Origin: Octopus vulgaris
Taxonomy: Eukaryota
Assembly: GCA_951406725.2 (NCBI GenBank)
Contig: OX597831.1
Location: forward strand, 56,234,001 to 56,298,000
Length of the DNA: 64,000 bases
Reading direction: 5' to 3'
Shown piece by piece: positions 1 through 11,700 of this stretch (position 1 is its first letter; each line of letters starts with the position of its first letter). Both the position numbers and the translations under genes were made by a program. The notes beneath the pieces were generated by a model. It saw nothing but the letters and a program-made list of their open reading frames with translations. It did no database searches and was not told where the DNA came from.

Positions 1-193
1 ATTCAGCAAAAAAAAAAAAAAATTACTAAAGGTGGTGCTCCAGAATGGCTGAAACAAATAAAAGTAAATAAAAAAAAAGTATACCCCAAATATAACAATA
101 TCTGTTGCAATACACAATTTCACATATATTTACATTATTAATTTTTATCTCAAAGTGTATATTTTAAAATAATATATAATATTTGTTTCTCAG

Positions 194-297
194 GTAACTT
201 TCTCTGTGATGCCAATAATCCTATGAAGTCAGCGACCAAAATCCGGGCCAAAGTTGTTGTGTTTAATATTGAAGTGCCAATTACTAGGGGTTATCCT
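194..297 (+). CDS. HBS1L: HBS1-like translational GTPase, internal exon (domain II/III junction)
   Basis: ttctcAG acceptor at 192-193, GTAAGT donor at 298. Translates (G)NFLCDANNPMKSATKIRAKVVVFNIEVPITRGYP, matching the HBS1L motif 'FRARILIFNIEIPITKGFP'. Upstream exons lie outside the window. Confidence 0.93.
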
Positions 298-931
298 GTA
301 AGTACTCTTATAATCATCATCATCATCATTATTATTAAGGCAGTGAACTGGCAGAATCTTAGTGGGATTTGAACTCGGAATATAAAGAGCTAGGACACAT
401 AGTGTCAGGTATTTTTGCCACTGCTTTAATGGTTCTTCCAGCTAGCCACCAGAATCATTAGCACACTGGACTAAATGCTTAGTAGCATTTTATCCGTCTT
501 TACATTCTGAGTTCAAATTCTGCCAAGCTCAACTTTGCCTTATATTCTTTCAAGGTTGGTGAAATAAGTGCCAGTTGAGCACTGTGATTATTGTAAACAA
601 CTAGCCCCTTCCCCCAAAATTGCAGGCCTTGTGTCTATAATAGAAAGGATTGTTGTTATTAAGACAGCAAGCTGGCACAATCATTACTATACCAGAGAGA
701 ATGCTTAACTGCATTTTTCCAGCTTTACATTCTGAGTTCAAACACTATCAAGGTTGACTTTGCCTTTCATCTTCTTGGGATCAGTAAATAAGTACCAGTG
801 AAGTACAGTTGGATTCTCAGCACCAGCTCAGACTATTTGGTCATATTGAGTGACTTGGGGAGGTCAATAAAATGAAATATAAAACATATACTGGGGTTGA
901 TTCAGTTGATTAAACCCTTCTACAAGTCTAA

Positions 932-1132
932 GAGGGGCTAAGAACTAAACCTTCTACACAAAATTTCTCACAGGACTTGTCAACTCTCATCTTGCTGATT
1001 GTGTTTCTGTATATGGCTTGCACAACTCAAAGTCAACCTTGATAATTAATCAAATTGTGAGAGTTGTGCAAGCCATATACAGAAACACAATCAGCAAGAT
1101 GAGAGTTGACAAGTCCTGTGAGAAATTTAGTG
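932..1132. repeat. Templated insertion forming a perfect 68-bp inverted repeat (arms 961-1028 and 1061-1128)
   Basis: The arms are exact reverse complements, and both are copies of the 3083-3185 segment. Confidence 0.9.
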
Positions 1133-1290
1133 GTCATGAATGTTGGCTAACGATCAAAAGAATAAAATCACAAATACAAGCAGCTGAAATGGAGTTTCTC
1201 TGAAGGATCTCCAGAATAATATTACTTGACAGGGTACATAACTTGGTGATCAGAGGGTCTCTCCAAATCGAGCCACTACTTCTCTACATC
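1130..1290 (+). mobile_element. RTE-like LINE ORF C-terminal relic
   Basis: GHECWLTIKRIKSQIQAAEMEFL*RISRIILLDRV resembles the post-RT 'YG.E.W...AAEM.FLR' segment of RTE elements. Confidence 0.7.
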
Positions 1291-2059
1291 TTACATGTAA
1301 TCAAATATAGTATTCTTCAAGTTCCACATCTTTCTTAATAGTGATAAAATAGAAGAAGGAGAGAAGCATAGCAGTTCTATATCTTAAAGTTCCTTATTAG
1401 ACGTATTATTTAACCTGCTATTTTTAATTCAGTTTTCTTGCCTGTCCTCATCTTTGGCCATGAATGTTGTACCAAATGAGTACAATTATGAACACAAGTG
1501 GCCAAAATGGAATTCTTCCAAAGAATCTCTGGAAAAACTGTGAAGAGAACAGCTACTTCTAATGTTCCATTAATCCACGTAGTGTTATCTTTCCCTGTAG
1601 AACCTTATTTTTATTCCTGAGCAGGAAAAACATTACCCATGGCCTGTAGGAATGTGTCACACATTGGTAAAAGAATATTTTTTTCTGTTCTTTTGCTGGT
1701 TTCCATCTTTAGGCAGTGGCCATGCTTTGAAGGTTTTTAGTTGATTATTTCGCCCCCAATTCTTAGTCTGGTGCTTATTTTATAGATCTCTCACACAGTT
1801 TCCATGTACCAAATTTCAATCACAAGGTTTTGGTCAACTTAAGGCTATGGTAGAAGATACTTGCCCAAGATGCCACACAGTTGAATTGAACCCTGGACCA
1901 AGTAGTTATGAAGCAAACTTCTTAATCACACAGCCATGCCTGCACTCATAAATGGGTGAGACTGTTGCATTTAATGTGAATCATGAAGTATTTGAGGTTA
2001 GCAATTTATTAAGAACGTATGGAAATGATATATATTATCATCTTGGCTAACATCCTCAT

Positions 2060-3250
2060 AATTTAATATCTGCTTTACCATCCTCGCATGAGACCGATAG
2101 GTCTTCTCTAGCACCATGTCTTGACCCTTTTTACAGTCCTTTATCATCCCCATTTGTGAGGTTCAACCTCTTAAGATCAGTTTTCACCACTTCTTCCCAT
2201 GTCTTCCTCAGTTTTCTTCTTCCACAGAGCTTTTCCATTCAAATTATTTGGCATTCCTTCACCCAAATGCAATCCTCCATATATTCATCATGTTCTAACA
2301 AGCTTGGTCTTTTCTTTTGCACACTACATCTGATTTTCCCCATACTCAATTTTTCTCTCAACCTATCTGTGTTCCATCATTCATTCACACTAACATTACA
2401 TATCCAGTAGAGCTTGCTTGCCTTATTTCTTTCTATCCTTTACATTCAAAACTTATGTTTTTGCTATCCTGCAACATCTCATTGTTTACACCAACATCGT
2501 ACAATCCACCTTTCATTTGGAGAGAGAATTCTTTGTTACCAACCGAAATAATACCTTTCCTGAACTTTCCCACTCCATCTGTATTCTGGCTACTATACTC
2601 ACAGAACACCCACCTTCATTGCTGATTAGGCCATTTAGGTAAGGGAAGCTATCAACTATTTGTTGGGAGCATTCTAGACATTTGAAGATATACATTTCAT
2701 GGGTGTTTTTACTGCTATTCCTGTGCACCTGCTGCTTACAAAACCTTCTCTGTCAGTCTGCCTGTGATCCCACTGTACATCTCATGCACTGATGGTTAAC
2801 ATTGAATACACCATGAAATTCCTCTACACTCTTTTTATGCTTATCAAACCTGACCACTTCTCAAAGGCAATAAAGTCTTGTCTCCTTTGCTGACCAAGAC
2901 TTTTGCTTGTATTTGGTTTACTTTTTGACCTCTCCATTTCAGGCTTTGCTTCTACATTTGGATTTTCCTCTCTAAATATTCAGCAGATTCAGGTATGAGA
3001 ACTAGGTCCTCAACATACAGAGTACCCCTTGACAGCTGGCTTCAAGGTCCTCTGTTATGACATTGAGAACTATATTAAACAGGAGGGGCTAAGAACTAAA
3101 CCTTCTACACTAAATTTCTCACAGGACTTGTCAACTCTCATCTTGCTGATTGTGTTTCTGTATATGGCTTGCACAACTCTCACAAACCATTCAATTTTGC
3201 CTTGTTTTCTTAGGAAGTACCAGACTACAGATAGAGCATGGTACTCTGTC
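2060..3250 (-). mobile_element. Degenerate RTE-like LINE (RT region and 3' part)
   Basis: WYFLRKQGKIEWFVRVVQAIYRNTISKMRV...VLSP resembles RT subdomains. Multiple stops and deletions; ends approximate. Confidence 0.7.
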
Positions 3251-3540
3251 AACAAATGCAAAGTATAGTAGCTTGTGCTTTGCTAAGAATTTCTCATGAA
3301 ATTGTTTCACTAGAAAGAGAGTACCAGTGGGACTTTGTCATAGCACAAACTCAAATAACACTCTGTCTAAACTAATTCTCTTCAGAATTAGTTCTACTCT
3401 TTATGTGACATTCATAATTTGGTCAATCAATTTGATGTCTCTATAATTGATTCTTTTTAAAGCATTCTTTTTCTTTCACAACAGTCCATGCTGATATCGC
3501 TATGTTAGTCATTGAGTATGATACTTCTCTATACTATCTT

Positions 3541-3910
3541 CTGGAAGCACTCCGTCGGTTACGACGACGAGGGTTCCGGTTGATCCGAATCAACGGAACA
3601 GCCTGCTCGTGAAATTAACGTGTAAGTGGCTGAGCACTCCACAGACACGTGTACCCTTAACATAGTTCTCGGGGATATTCAGCGTGACACAGGGAGTGAC
3701 AAGGCCGGCCCTTTAAAATACAGGTACAACAGAAACAGGAAGTAAGAGTGAGAGAAAGTTGTGGTGAAAGAGTACAGCAGGGATCACCACCATCCCTGCT
3801 GGAGCTTCGTGGAGCTTTAGGTGTTTTCGCTCAATAAACACTCACAATGCCCGGTCTGGGAATCGAAACCGCGAGTCCGCTGCCCTAACCACTGGGCCAT
3901 TGCGCCTCCA
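3541..3910 (-). mobile_element. tRNA-derived SINE, family B, full length
   Basis: Head GGAGGCGCAATGGCCCAGTGGTTAGG (A box) and GGTTTCGATTCCC (B box). Flanked by a duplicated ACTATCTT. Second copy at 18022. Confidence 0.88.
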
Positions 3911-4227
3911 CACTATCTTAATAACTAGCTGAACACTTTCATGATCCCAGTAAATACTGCTGACATCAACTTCAATAGCTGGTCCTTCTATTGGGTTAAG
4001 GGCTCTCTCTCTCTCTCTCTCTCATAAATAATCTTTTCATTTAGCAACCTCTTCTTATAAGATTTTCATTCCTCTTCTTTTTTGGCATCAACGAGGGCAA
4101 GTGTGCTTCTATAATTCCAAAATCCTTTTCCCCAACATCATTTTCTTTTACATTGAAGCACTACTTCAACAATAGTGGCTATTAAAATCTCATATACAAC
4201 TTCACCATACTGATTTTACTGTTTCAG

Positions 4228-4328
4228 AGTGTATTCCATTACCAGTCAACAACAGAACCTGTTCTTTGGAAACGATTAATTTGTCAAATTCATAAAAGTA
4301 CAGGAGAAATCATCAAGAACCGGCCTAA
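4228..4328 (+). CDS. HBS1L: HBS1-like protein, internal exon
   Basis: tttcAG acceptor, GTAAGT donor at 4329, phase-compatible with both neighbours. SVFHYQSTTEPVLWKRLICQIHKSTGEIIKNRP(K) matches '[34 protein letters not shown]'. Confidence 0.93.
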
Positions 4329-4596
4329 GTAAGTTGGATAATTTTTTTTCAAATCAATTTCTTTAATTGTTCAGAGTTATTTTTCTTTTATGTGTCAAAA
4401 AATTTCTTTAGTAACATGCTTACTTTCAACTCTAAATTGGATCAGTGGCTCTGTCACTTTACAACATCTGAGCTGTTAAACAATTATGAAACCACTTTTC
4501 TCGTTTCCATTTAATGGGTAGCAATGATAAATAAGAAATATAGAAGCTGAACAGTGTGCTAATTTTCTTGAATTCTTTTTATTTTTTTATATTTAA

Positions 4597-5393
4597 CCTT
4601 TTAGCATTTAAACTGGCCATATCCGGCTCAAATAGTCTACCTGCCATATCCAGCCTCTCACACCTAGTCTATAATGTCATTCTAACCTTTTAACATTTAA
4701 ACCAGCCATATCTGGCCCAAATATTTTACTTGTTTTATGTTTAAACTGACCAGATCTGGCCTCTTACACCTACCCTACAATATCATTTTTAAAATATACA
4801 ATTGCATCATCAAAATCTCAGAGCTTCAAGATACTCTTTTACTTGTTTAAGTCATTTGACTGTGGCCATGCTGGATCATCGCCTTTAGTCAACCCCGGGA
4901 CTTATTCTTTGTAAGCCTAGTACTTATTCTATCGCCCTCTTTTGCTGAACCGCTAAGTTACGGGGACATAAACACACCAGCATCGGTTGTCAAGCAATGT
5001 TGGGGGACAAACACAGACACACATACATATATACAACGGGCTTCTTTCAGTTCCTATCTACCAAATCCACTCACAAGGCTTTGGTTGGCCCGAGGCTATA
5101 GTAGAAGACACTTGCCCAAAGTGCCACGCAGTGGGACTGAACCTGGAACCATGTGATTGGTAAGCAAGCTACTTACCACACAGCCACTCCTATGCCTATA
5201 AAGATAAGGCATGATTAATACAAAACAATGTGAATAAATATGAATTCCCTTAACAGAGTAATCTGAATGCTTAAAGGGCTAAAAATAAATAATCACATCA
5301 CTGAAATCTTGAAGCTACAAGATAAATGCACGATTAATTGAAAACAATGTAACTAAGCATTATATTTGACAGAATTATCTGAATGCTAAAGGG
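4597..5393 (+). mobile_element. Nested composite: piggyBac-type MITE containing a second copy (4686-5278) that contains a SINE (4834-5200, minus)
   Basis: Outer TTAA duplication with CC(C/T)TTTAGCATT termini. Inner copy bounded by a CTAA duplication. SINE bounded by an AAGATA duplication. Confidence 0.88.
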
Positions 5394-5829
5394 TTAATTT
5401 GTCAATTTCTGAAAGGAGCTCATTATTTGATAATATAGTGTGAAGGTACATTTCATCAAATAATATGCTTAAAAACTCCATACTTGTTATAACTCAGGTA
5501 TCTCCATATGGTCATCAACCCACAAGAGATATCAACTAAATCCCTCCCAAATCACACCCTGTCATCTCAAAAAAAGAAACAGACATCATAACGCAATTCC
5601 AAGATCCAATATGTCTGAACAAAAAATGGGATGGTTGTGGCTGGAATGCTTTTGATAAGATATGTTTTTGATACTGGATCATAACTGATTTGGCACTAAA
5701 TTACAACACTTTATTGTTTGGTTAAACAAAGGAAAAGTTGTGTTCTCAACTCAACTTTATATGTAATTACATTCTCCTTTTATTCTTTCTTTTCTAAAAA
5801 TCTATATTTTCCATTGCCTATTCATACAG

Positions 5830-5974
5830 GTGTCTTGGTAAAAACAGCAGTGCTGTAGTAGAACTAGAATTTGAACGTCCATTATGTATTGAATTGTACA
5901 AAGAATTCAAGGAACTTGGGCGTTTCATGATACGCTATAGTGGACATACTATTGCAGCTGGTCTGGTTGAAGAG
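5830..5974 (+). CDS. HBS1L: HBS1-like protein, penultimate exon (domain III)
   Basis: tacAG acceptor, GTAAAC donor at 5975. [48 protein letters not shown] contains the eEF1A/eRF3/HBS1 C-terminal LGRFxxR...TIAAG motif. Confidence 0.95.
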
Positions 5975-7831
5975 GTAAACTAACTTTCTTAAGGTATTTC
6001 CTGTATAAACCCCCAAGATTTCATATTACTGATCTGTTGCAGGTACAATTATTTTCTATGATTCACATTGCCTAATTAAAAATTCATTTAATTTAAATGT
6101 TTTTGTAGAAACTACAAATTTATGTTACTTTTCAAAGCAATTGACTGTGACAACTTAAGTTCTCATTATATAGCCATATTGTAAATGACACTGCACCTGA
6201 TTAGCACCCACATTGTTTAGCCTTTATATTCTCAATACACACCTGTTTTCAATTAATGCCATATAGTAACATTTATGATGTACATTATAAAAAATGTCCA
6301 ACAGTTCCAGGTTTCAGCTATATATTTGTAACAGATATATGTTACTGATAGCAGATTATTTAAACTTTGCGGAACAGTGTGATAGCCACCAACTATATCA
6401 ACAGAAGGGAAAAAAAGTTATTTCTTACAGATTTTATTTTTTTGAGTTTGTTGTTAGGAACAGTACACCAAAGCTGTAACATTTTGCTGTTTTGAAGTGA
6501 TAGAGGATGCTAGTAATGACACAGCTTGCACACTTTTGGTAGTATTTGAGTCATTTGTAGAGGCTAAGAAGATATAGGCATGCTAGAAAGAGAATGACGT
6601 GACTAAAAGCAAAAACAAACTGCTCTGAAATTTTCAGAGAACATGCTCCCTCTGAAGAGGTACTGAATGAAAGAGAGGATGCACCTTTGGCAAAGATGCC
6701 AAGTGAAAGAAGAGGAGTTCTATATTTATACATGTTAGAAATCAGGATGTAAGTCAGAGAACAAAAGAAAGTGAATGAGCTTATCTCTGTTGAACAGAAT
6801 TTAACCTAAGATTTTAAGTTAAACAATAAGATTTATCTAAGTATGACAGTTGACTCTCTTAAATTTCTAAGCACTAAAGCCAAGAACAATAGAAAGGAGC
6901 TAACAGAAAAATCCAGGCTAAGGTTTCAATTCCTGACTAAGAATCCAGAAAACAACCTGCTTCATATTCATTAACCTCTTACTCATAACAATGCAACAAA
7001 GTAGAACAGTTTTATTTTGTGCACACTTTCTTGAGCAACACCATGCCCAAGAAAATTTCTTTCTCACACGAAACTGATCCAGGAATTGGCTGCAGTATTT
7101 GAGTATTTTCCTTGACCAAAATATAAAGTAAAAGTTTCATTGTGAAGAAAATAATATCAGAGCTGAAGGTTACTACTTGGATTGGTGCCCTATTCATAAG
7201 ACACAAGTTCATATCCTATTTATAGGTGCTGTATATTGTTACTTGAACCAAGTTACTTTTCTTTCTAAATAAATGTCATTGTAAGTTAAATCAAAATACT
7301 TCCACACTGTTTATTTGATATTCACTGTATTCCTATAGCCAACCTGCAGCCAATTATATTTTGTTTTCTTTTTTGGATGAGAGGGAAATACTCTGGTTCT
7401 TAGATAACACAATATTTCTGAAAACCTGCTCAACTTAGCACTTTGAAGACTCAAAAATAAGAGATAAGTTGGTTATGTGAATAAGTTCTTGGACTACTAG
7501 TTAAAAAATTGTGAGTTATTATCAGCTGCAGGAGTTTAATTGTTTATTTAATTCTACGATCCTCAATTCATGTAACTGTTGAAGATAACTACCATATCTT
7601 AGGAATTGTTAAGTACATTGAGGCTGCACCCAAAGGGGAGATTTAACATATCATCCATTACAAACTCCATATAGACCATGAACCACCCTTCTATTAAAAC
7701 AGTAATGTCAAGTAAATTAGAACCAATTCCCATTAATTAATTCCATTACCCTACTAACTACCTTATATTATTGTTTTTTGAATATATATTTTTTTTGTTT
7801 ATGCTGTTTTTTTCTTTCTTCTTTTTAACAG

Positions 7832-7852
7832 ATTCTCAATATGAAAACTTAG
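7832..7852 (+). CDS. HBS1L: HBS1-like protein, terminal coding exon ILNMKT*
   Basis: Long polypyrimidine tract (7806-7826) plus aacAG acceptor. Phase 0, stop TAG at 7850-7852. The short terminal exon parallels the vertebrate 'IKE*' ending. Confidence 0.75.
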   Translation: MLNMKT

Positions 7853-8650
7853 AACAACCTTGATACATGCAGATTTGAGATTATTACAGGATTCCAAACA
7901 GGATATCTTTCTGGCTACTGGACATGACCTGGGCAATACAACAGATTGTACTTTTCTTACAGTCTGTATACTTAACAAAGCATGTGTTGGATTTATTTCT
8001 AACATACTGATTACTTCTTTAATATAACTTTTTGTTAAATTCTAAATCAGAAAACTGGTATTCTGAAGCTTAACTTTGGTTTTGGTGCTCAGCTCTGAAC
8101 GCAGTCTCATCTCCCATTGTTGCCTCTTTATTATTATTTTTTTAAGCTATCTGTCTCCTGCGGTAACTTACACTTTCATAATTTTATCACAGATAGGGCT
8201 ATCAAAAACAATAATTTAGAAATTAAATTGAATTTGCTTTCTTCTTTATGTTCCTGAAGCTGCTATTTTTTAACTGAATGATGCACAAGCTTTTTCCGAA
8301 GGTGGTTCACAGAATTCATGAAATAAATATCATGGACCACCAGATATAAATTTCCTTTTAATTGCATCATGCTATACAGCTGGACGTAAAACTCACTGTG
8401 GACCACCAAGACTTTGGGTTGGACCACTTGTGGTTCCTTTGGACCATATTGTACATCGCTGTTCTAACTCATTAAAAAAAGACTGTGATATATAGAAACA
8501 TTATTTTATATAGATTTGGAATAAATTATATATGATTTATAATTTATATTAAAAATATCATTTTGAATTTGAATAAGGCTTAGAATAAATTAAATACACA
8601 TTGTACATCTTTTCTTTTAACTTTTTTTCTGAAATAGCTAAATAAAATTT
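7853..8650 (+). other. Putative HBS1L 3' UTR with AATAAA signals
   Basis: Follows the stop codon. AATAAA occurs at 8520, 8584 and 8641 in a very AT-rich stretch; the exact end is not determinable. Confidence 0.5.
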
Positions 8651-9124
8651 AAGCTGATAATCTTTAGTTATATTAAGTAATCTACTAAAGCTAACTAAAA
8701 CATTTCAAAATTAACTTTGTGCATTGGGATCAAGATAAGCATCATCACTATGGCTTCAATAAATCTAAAGTTGCAAGGTAATTCTTGTCTTTGTTTGTTT
8801 TTGTGTTATATCACATTCATTTCCATTGTTTGCTCTGAGCATATTTTTTCTTCTTTCTTTTGAGCATTAATTTTTACAGCTAATTATTCTTTCTATTTCT
8901 CAACTCTGAAATATAAGTGGAAACTGATGTTAGTAAATGACTTCCCCCTCTCTTCAGACATAAAAGGGAAATATGCTCTCCAAACACAATCAGAGAGAAG
9001 AGGGGATGAGATTAAACATTAAATCAGTGATGCAAAAACGTTTCATGCCTCTGAATGTAGATGATGTGCAAAGGTTGGAGAGAAATGAAACTAGCATCCA
9101 GTTTTGCTGGATGTGTAATGCTTC

Positions 9125-9400
9125 TTCTTCTTAATCCTTTTTACCCCTTATGGAGCACTGGGCCTCAACAGTTGTTTTCCACTTTTTGCGGTCATTGGCG
9201 TGTTTCTTGGCTGCTTCCCATGTCAAGCCAGTGTTCTTGAGCTCGTCCAAAATGCTCTGCTTCCATGTCTGCTTAGGACATCCTCGCTTCCTTTTCCCCT
9301 ACAGGTTCCAGTCAAGTGCTTGTCAGGGTCACATTTGAGGGCTCTTTCCGCAGTGTGTGTTCAAGCCATCTCCATTTCCTTCGTCTAATCTGAACATGTA
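9125..9400 (-). mobile_element. RTE-like LINE 3' end (second copy about 40613-40765)
   Basis: IRRRKWRWLEHTLRKEPSNVT...GKRKRG.PKQTW followed by a (GAA)n tail. A closely similar segment is at 40613. Confidence 0.78.
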
Positions 9401-10154
9401 TGGGCTCCTCATTGGCTAGTATTATTAAAATGTTATTTATAACATTTAAGTACAAAGAAATAGGAAGAAAAAAGAGATAAGAAATGGAAAGAAAGAAAAG
9501 AAAAAAGGGAGTGGGTAAAGCAGCAGAAGATGGAGTGTGTGGGGGGGGGGGGGTAATGGGCCACATACCCCAGAACAAATGGTATGCTCAACTGCACCTC
9601 GTGGTAATGACTGTAATGGCATTGCCACAGAAAATAGCCAGTAACACTCACTGCAGCAGCCACTTCACCATGCAGGGCTCATTTTTCCAACATGCTGCCA
9701 TTATCCCTATTTTGCAAAGGAAATCAGTGGCACGGAATCTGATAGTGGCCAGTCAGGCCCCTGTATTTATTGATTTTTCTCAGCTCCACATTGCACGGAT
9801 GATGCAGCACAGCTGAGCTGAAAGATAAACTGGATATAAGAAGAATAAGATGTAGTGTGTAAGAGAGAATTGATCAAATGGCATCTGATATGTAGCTATG
9901 GCTTACATCATGTACAGAGTATAGAATTCCTACAAACTCCTTCACTGCATGTTGAGTATGATTGCTTTCCAGAGGCCAGTAGATTTCTTATATTTGTTTC
10001 AGTCATTGGACTGCATCCGTGTTGTGGCACCACCATGAAAGGTCTAGTTGAGCAAATCAACTACAATACTTTTAACACCAGTTTTCAAGTAGTGATTGGG
10101 GACAAACACATACACACATTGATATATGCACATATATATATATATATATATATA

Positions 10155-10335
10155 AAGTTAATCCAAACAAGAAAACAACAACGCAAGGACGTGGAACAAA
10201 TAAAGTATTATTGGATGCTCAGGAAAGAAGGAGGGTTTGACGTTTCGAGCGGAGCTCTTCGTCGGAAACATAGAAGGAAAGATCCCGAGAAGGGAAGACG
10301 GGAAAAAAATCACTAGTGATACAGACGAGGTCACA
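10155..10335 (-). mobile_element. Penelope-like terminal repeat fragment between (TA)n tracts
   Basis: CpG-containing island between (TA)n runs that carries a minimal hammerhead motif of the kind found in Penelope-like termini. Confidence 0.6.
10235..10269 (-). ncRNA. Minimal type I hammerhead ribozyme motif
   Basis: GTTT-CCGACGA-A-GAGC-TCC-GCTC-GAAACGTC-AAAC: stem I GTTT/AAAC, stem II GAGC/GCTC, palindromic ACGT in place of stem III. Core has a U4C variant. Confidence 0.62.
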
Positions 10336-10379
10336 TATATATATATATATATATATGCATTTATGGACAAGGACAACTG

Positions 10380-10748
10380 CATAAAGAAGTGCTGATCTCT
10401 GTGGAGAGAACCTTTGGAAGAGGTAAACCCAGGAAGGCATGGGACAAGGTGGTAAAACATGATCTTCAGATGCTGAGTCTTGAGGAGGCAATGACAAGTG
10501 ATCGAGATCTTTGGCAATTTGCTGTGCTTGAGATGATATGTCAAGCCAAGTGAAATCATAGTTGTGACTAGCGCTGGTGACATGTAAAAGGCACCCACTA
10601 CACTCTTGGAGTGGTTAATGTTAGGAAGGGTATACAGTTGTAGAAACCAAGTTGAATCAGACTGCAGCCTGGTCTGACTCATCAGTTCCAATCAAACTGT
10701 CTAATTCATGCCAACATGGAAAACAGATGCTAAATGATCATGATGATG
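10380..10748 (+). mobile_element. RTE-like LINE 3' end
   Basis: C-terminal 'GRGKPRKAWDKVVKHDL' like coding, a 3' UTR shared with many local copies, and a (GAT)n tail. Confidence 0.7.
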
Positions 10749-11439
10749 TGTATAAATTATTTGAAGTGGTATACAGATTTTTATATATTGAGAAAACAAA
10801 AGGAGTCAGGATTTGGATAAAAGCTATTTATTTAGTGCTTTCATCCCTTCCAGGGATTTACCATGAATGATTTCTTATAGAAAATTCATACCTTTTATAT
10901 ATGTGTGAGTTAGCTGGAAAAAAAAAATCTAGAGTTGAATCTCTTTTCTTGAGTTTTGGAAAGAGGATGTTTTGGGAATGTATGAGCATGTGGGTAAGCA
11001 CCTGTGTGTTGAGTTTTTAAACAAAAGAAAGAAAGGAAGGGGTGTTTTTCTAGGATGGCTGAAATTGATGACAAGTCAAAGAGGTCAAATATTTTTTTTA
11101 TCAATTGCAATAAATTTCTTTTAGTTATTGTATGACTGACAAATTTTTTGGTCACTTGTCATGTTGCCTAGCTGTAGAAAATAGAATCTATGGAATCATT
11201 TGAGAAAGCTTTTAATGTGTGTGTGTGTATTTAAGCATATGCATATGACAGATTGTATTGTGTTGGTTGTTTAAGTGGATTTTTCCAGTTATTTTAGTAA
11301 CAGTAATGAGAACATAATTAATGATAATATCCCGTGGTAATATGTTTTAGTTTCATCTTTTAGAAAGAATTTTTCATTTTTTATAAATATATATTTTTAC
11401 AAGTTTGGTACAAATTTTTTTAAAGCCTCCTTTACAGAT

Positions 11440-11700
11440 TAAGAAATGGACTACTAATGTAACTCTGAAATTAAAGGCAATTTCTACAGATTATACAAGA
11501 TCCATAAAAGCTCAAAAATACAGAGAGCTGTAAGTGAACAGAAGAACCAGTATATAAAAATATTAAGACCCACTGATCTCAAATTGAGATCAAAAGTTGT
11601 GAGGCCACGACACAACTAAGTCATCTTTTAGATATACTCCTTAAACCCTTATGCCTATTAATACCCACCTACATGTGAGACAGCATAGATTTTCTCAATC
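11440..11700 (+). mobile_element. Penelope-like reverse transcriptase relic
   Basis: FYRLYKIHKS...RPTDLKLRSKV...LSHLLDILLKPL..IPTYM*DSIDFL resembles Penelope RT 'FYGLPKIHK...RPIV...SYIRD..DFL'. Interrupted by LINE 3' sequence at about 11700-12155. Confidence 0.72.

Noticed and set aside
9855-10691. Overlapping 153-aa and 177-aa ORFs
   Set aside because: They run across SINE remnants, (TA)n tracts and LINE sequence, with low-complexity translation and no homology evident.
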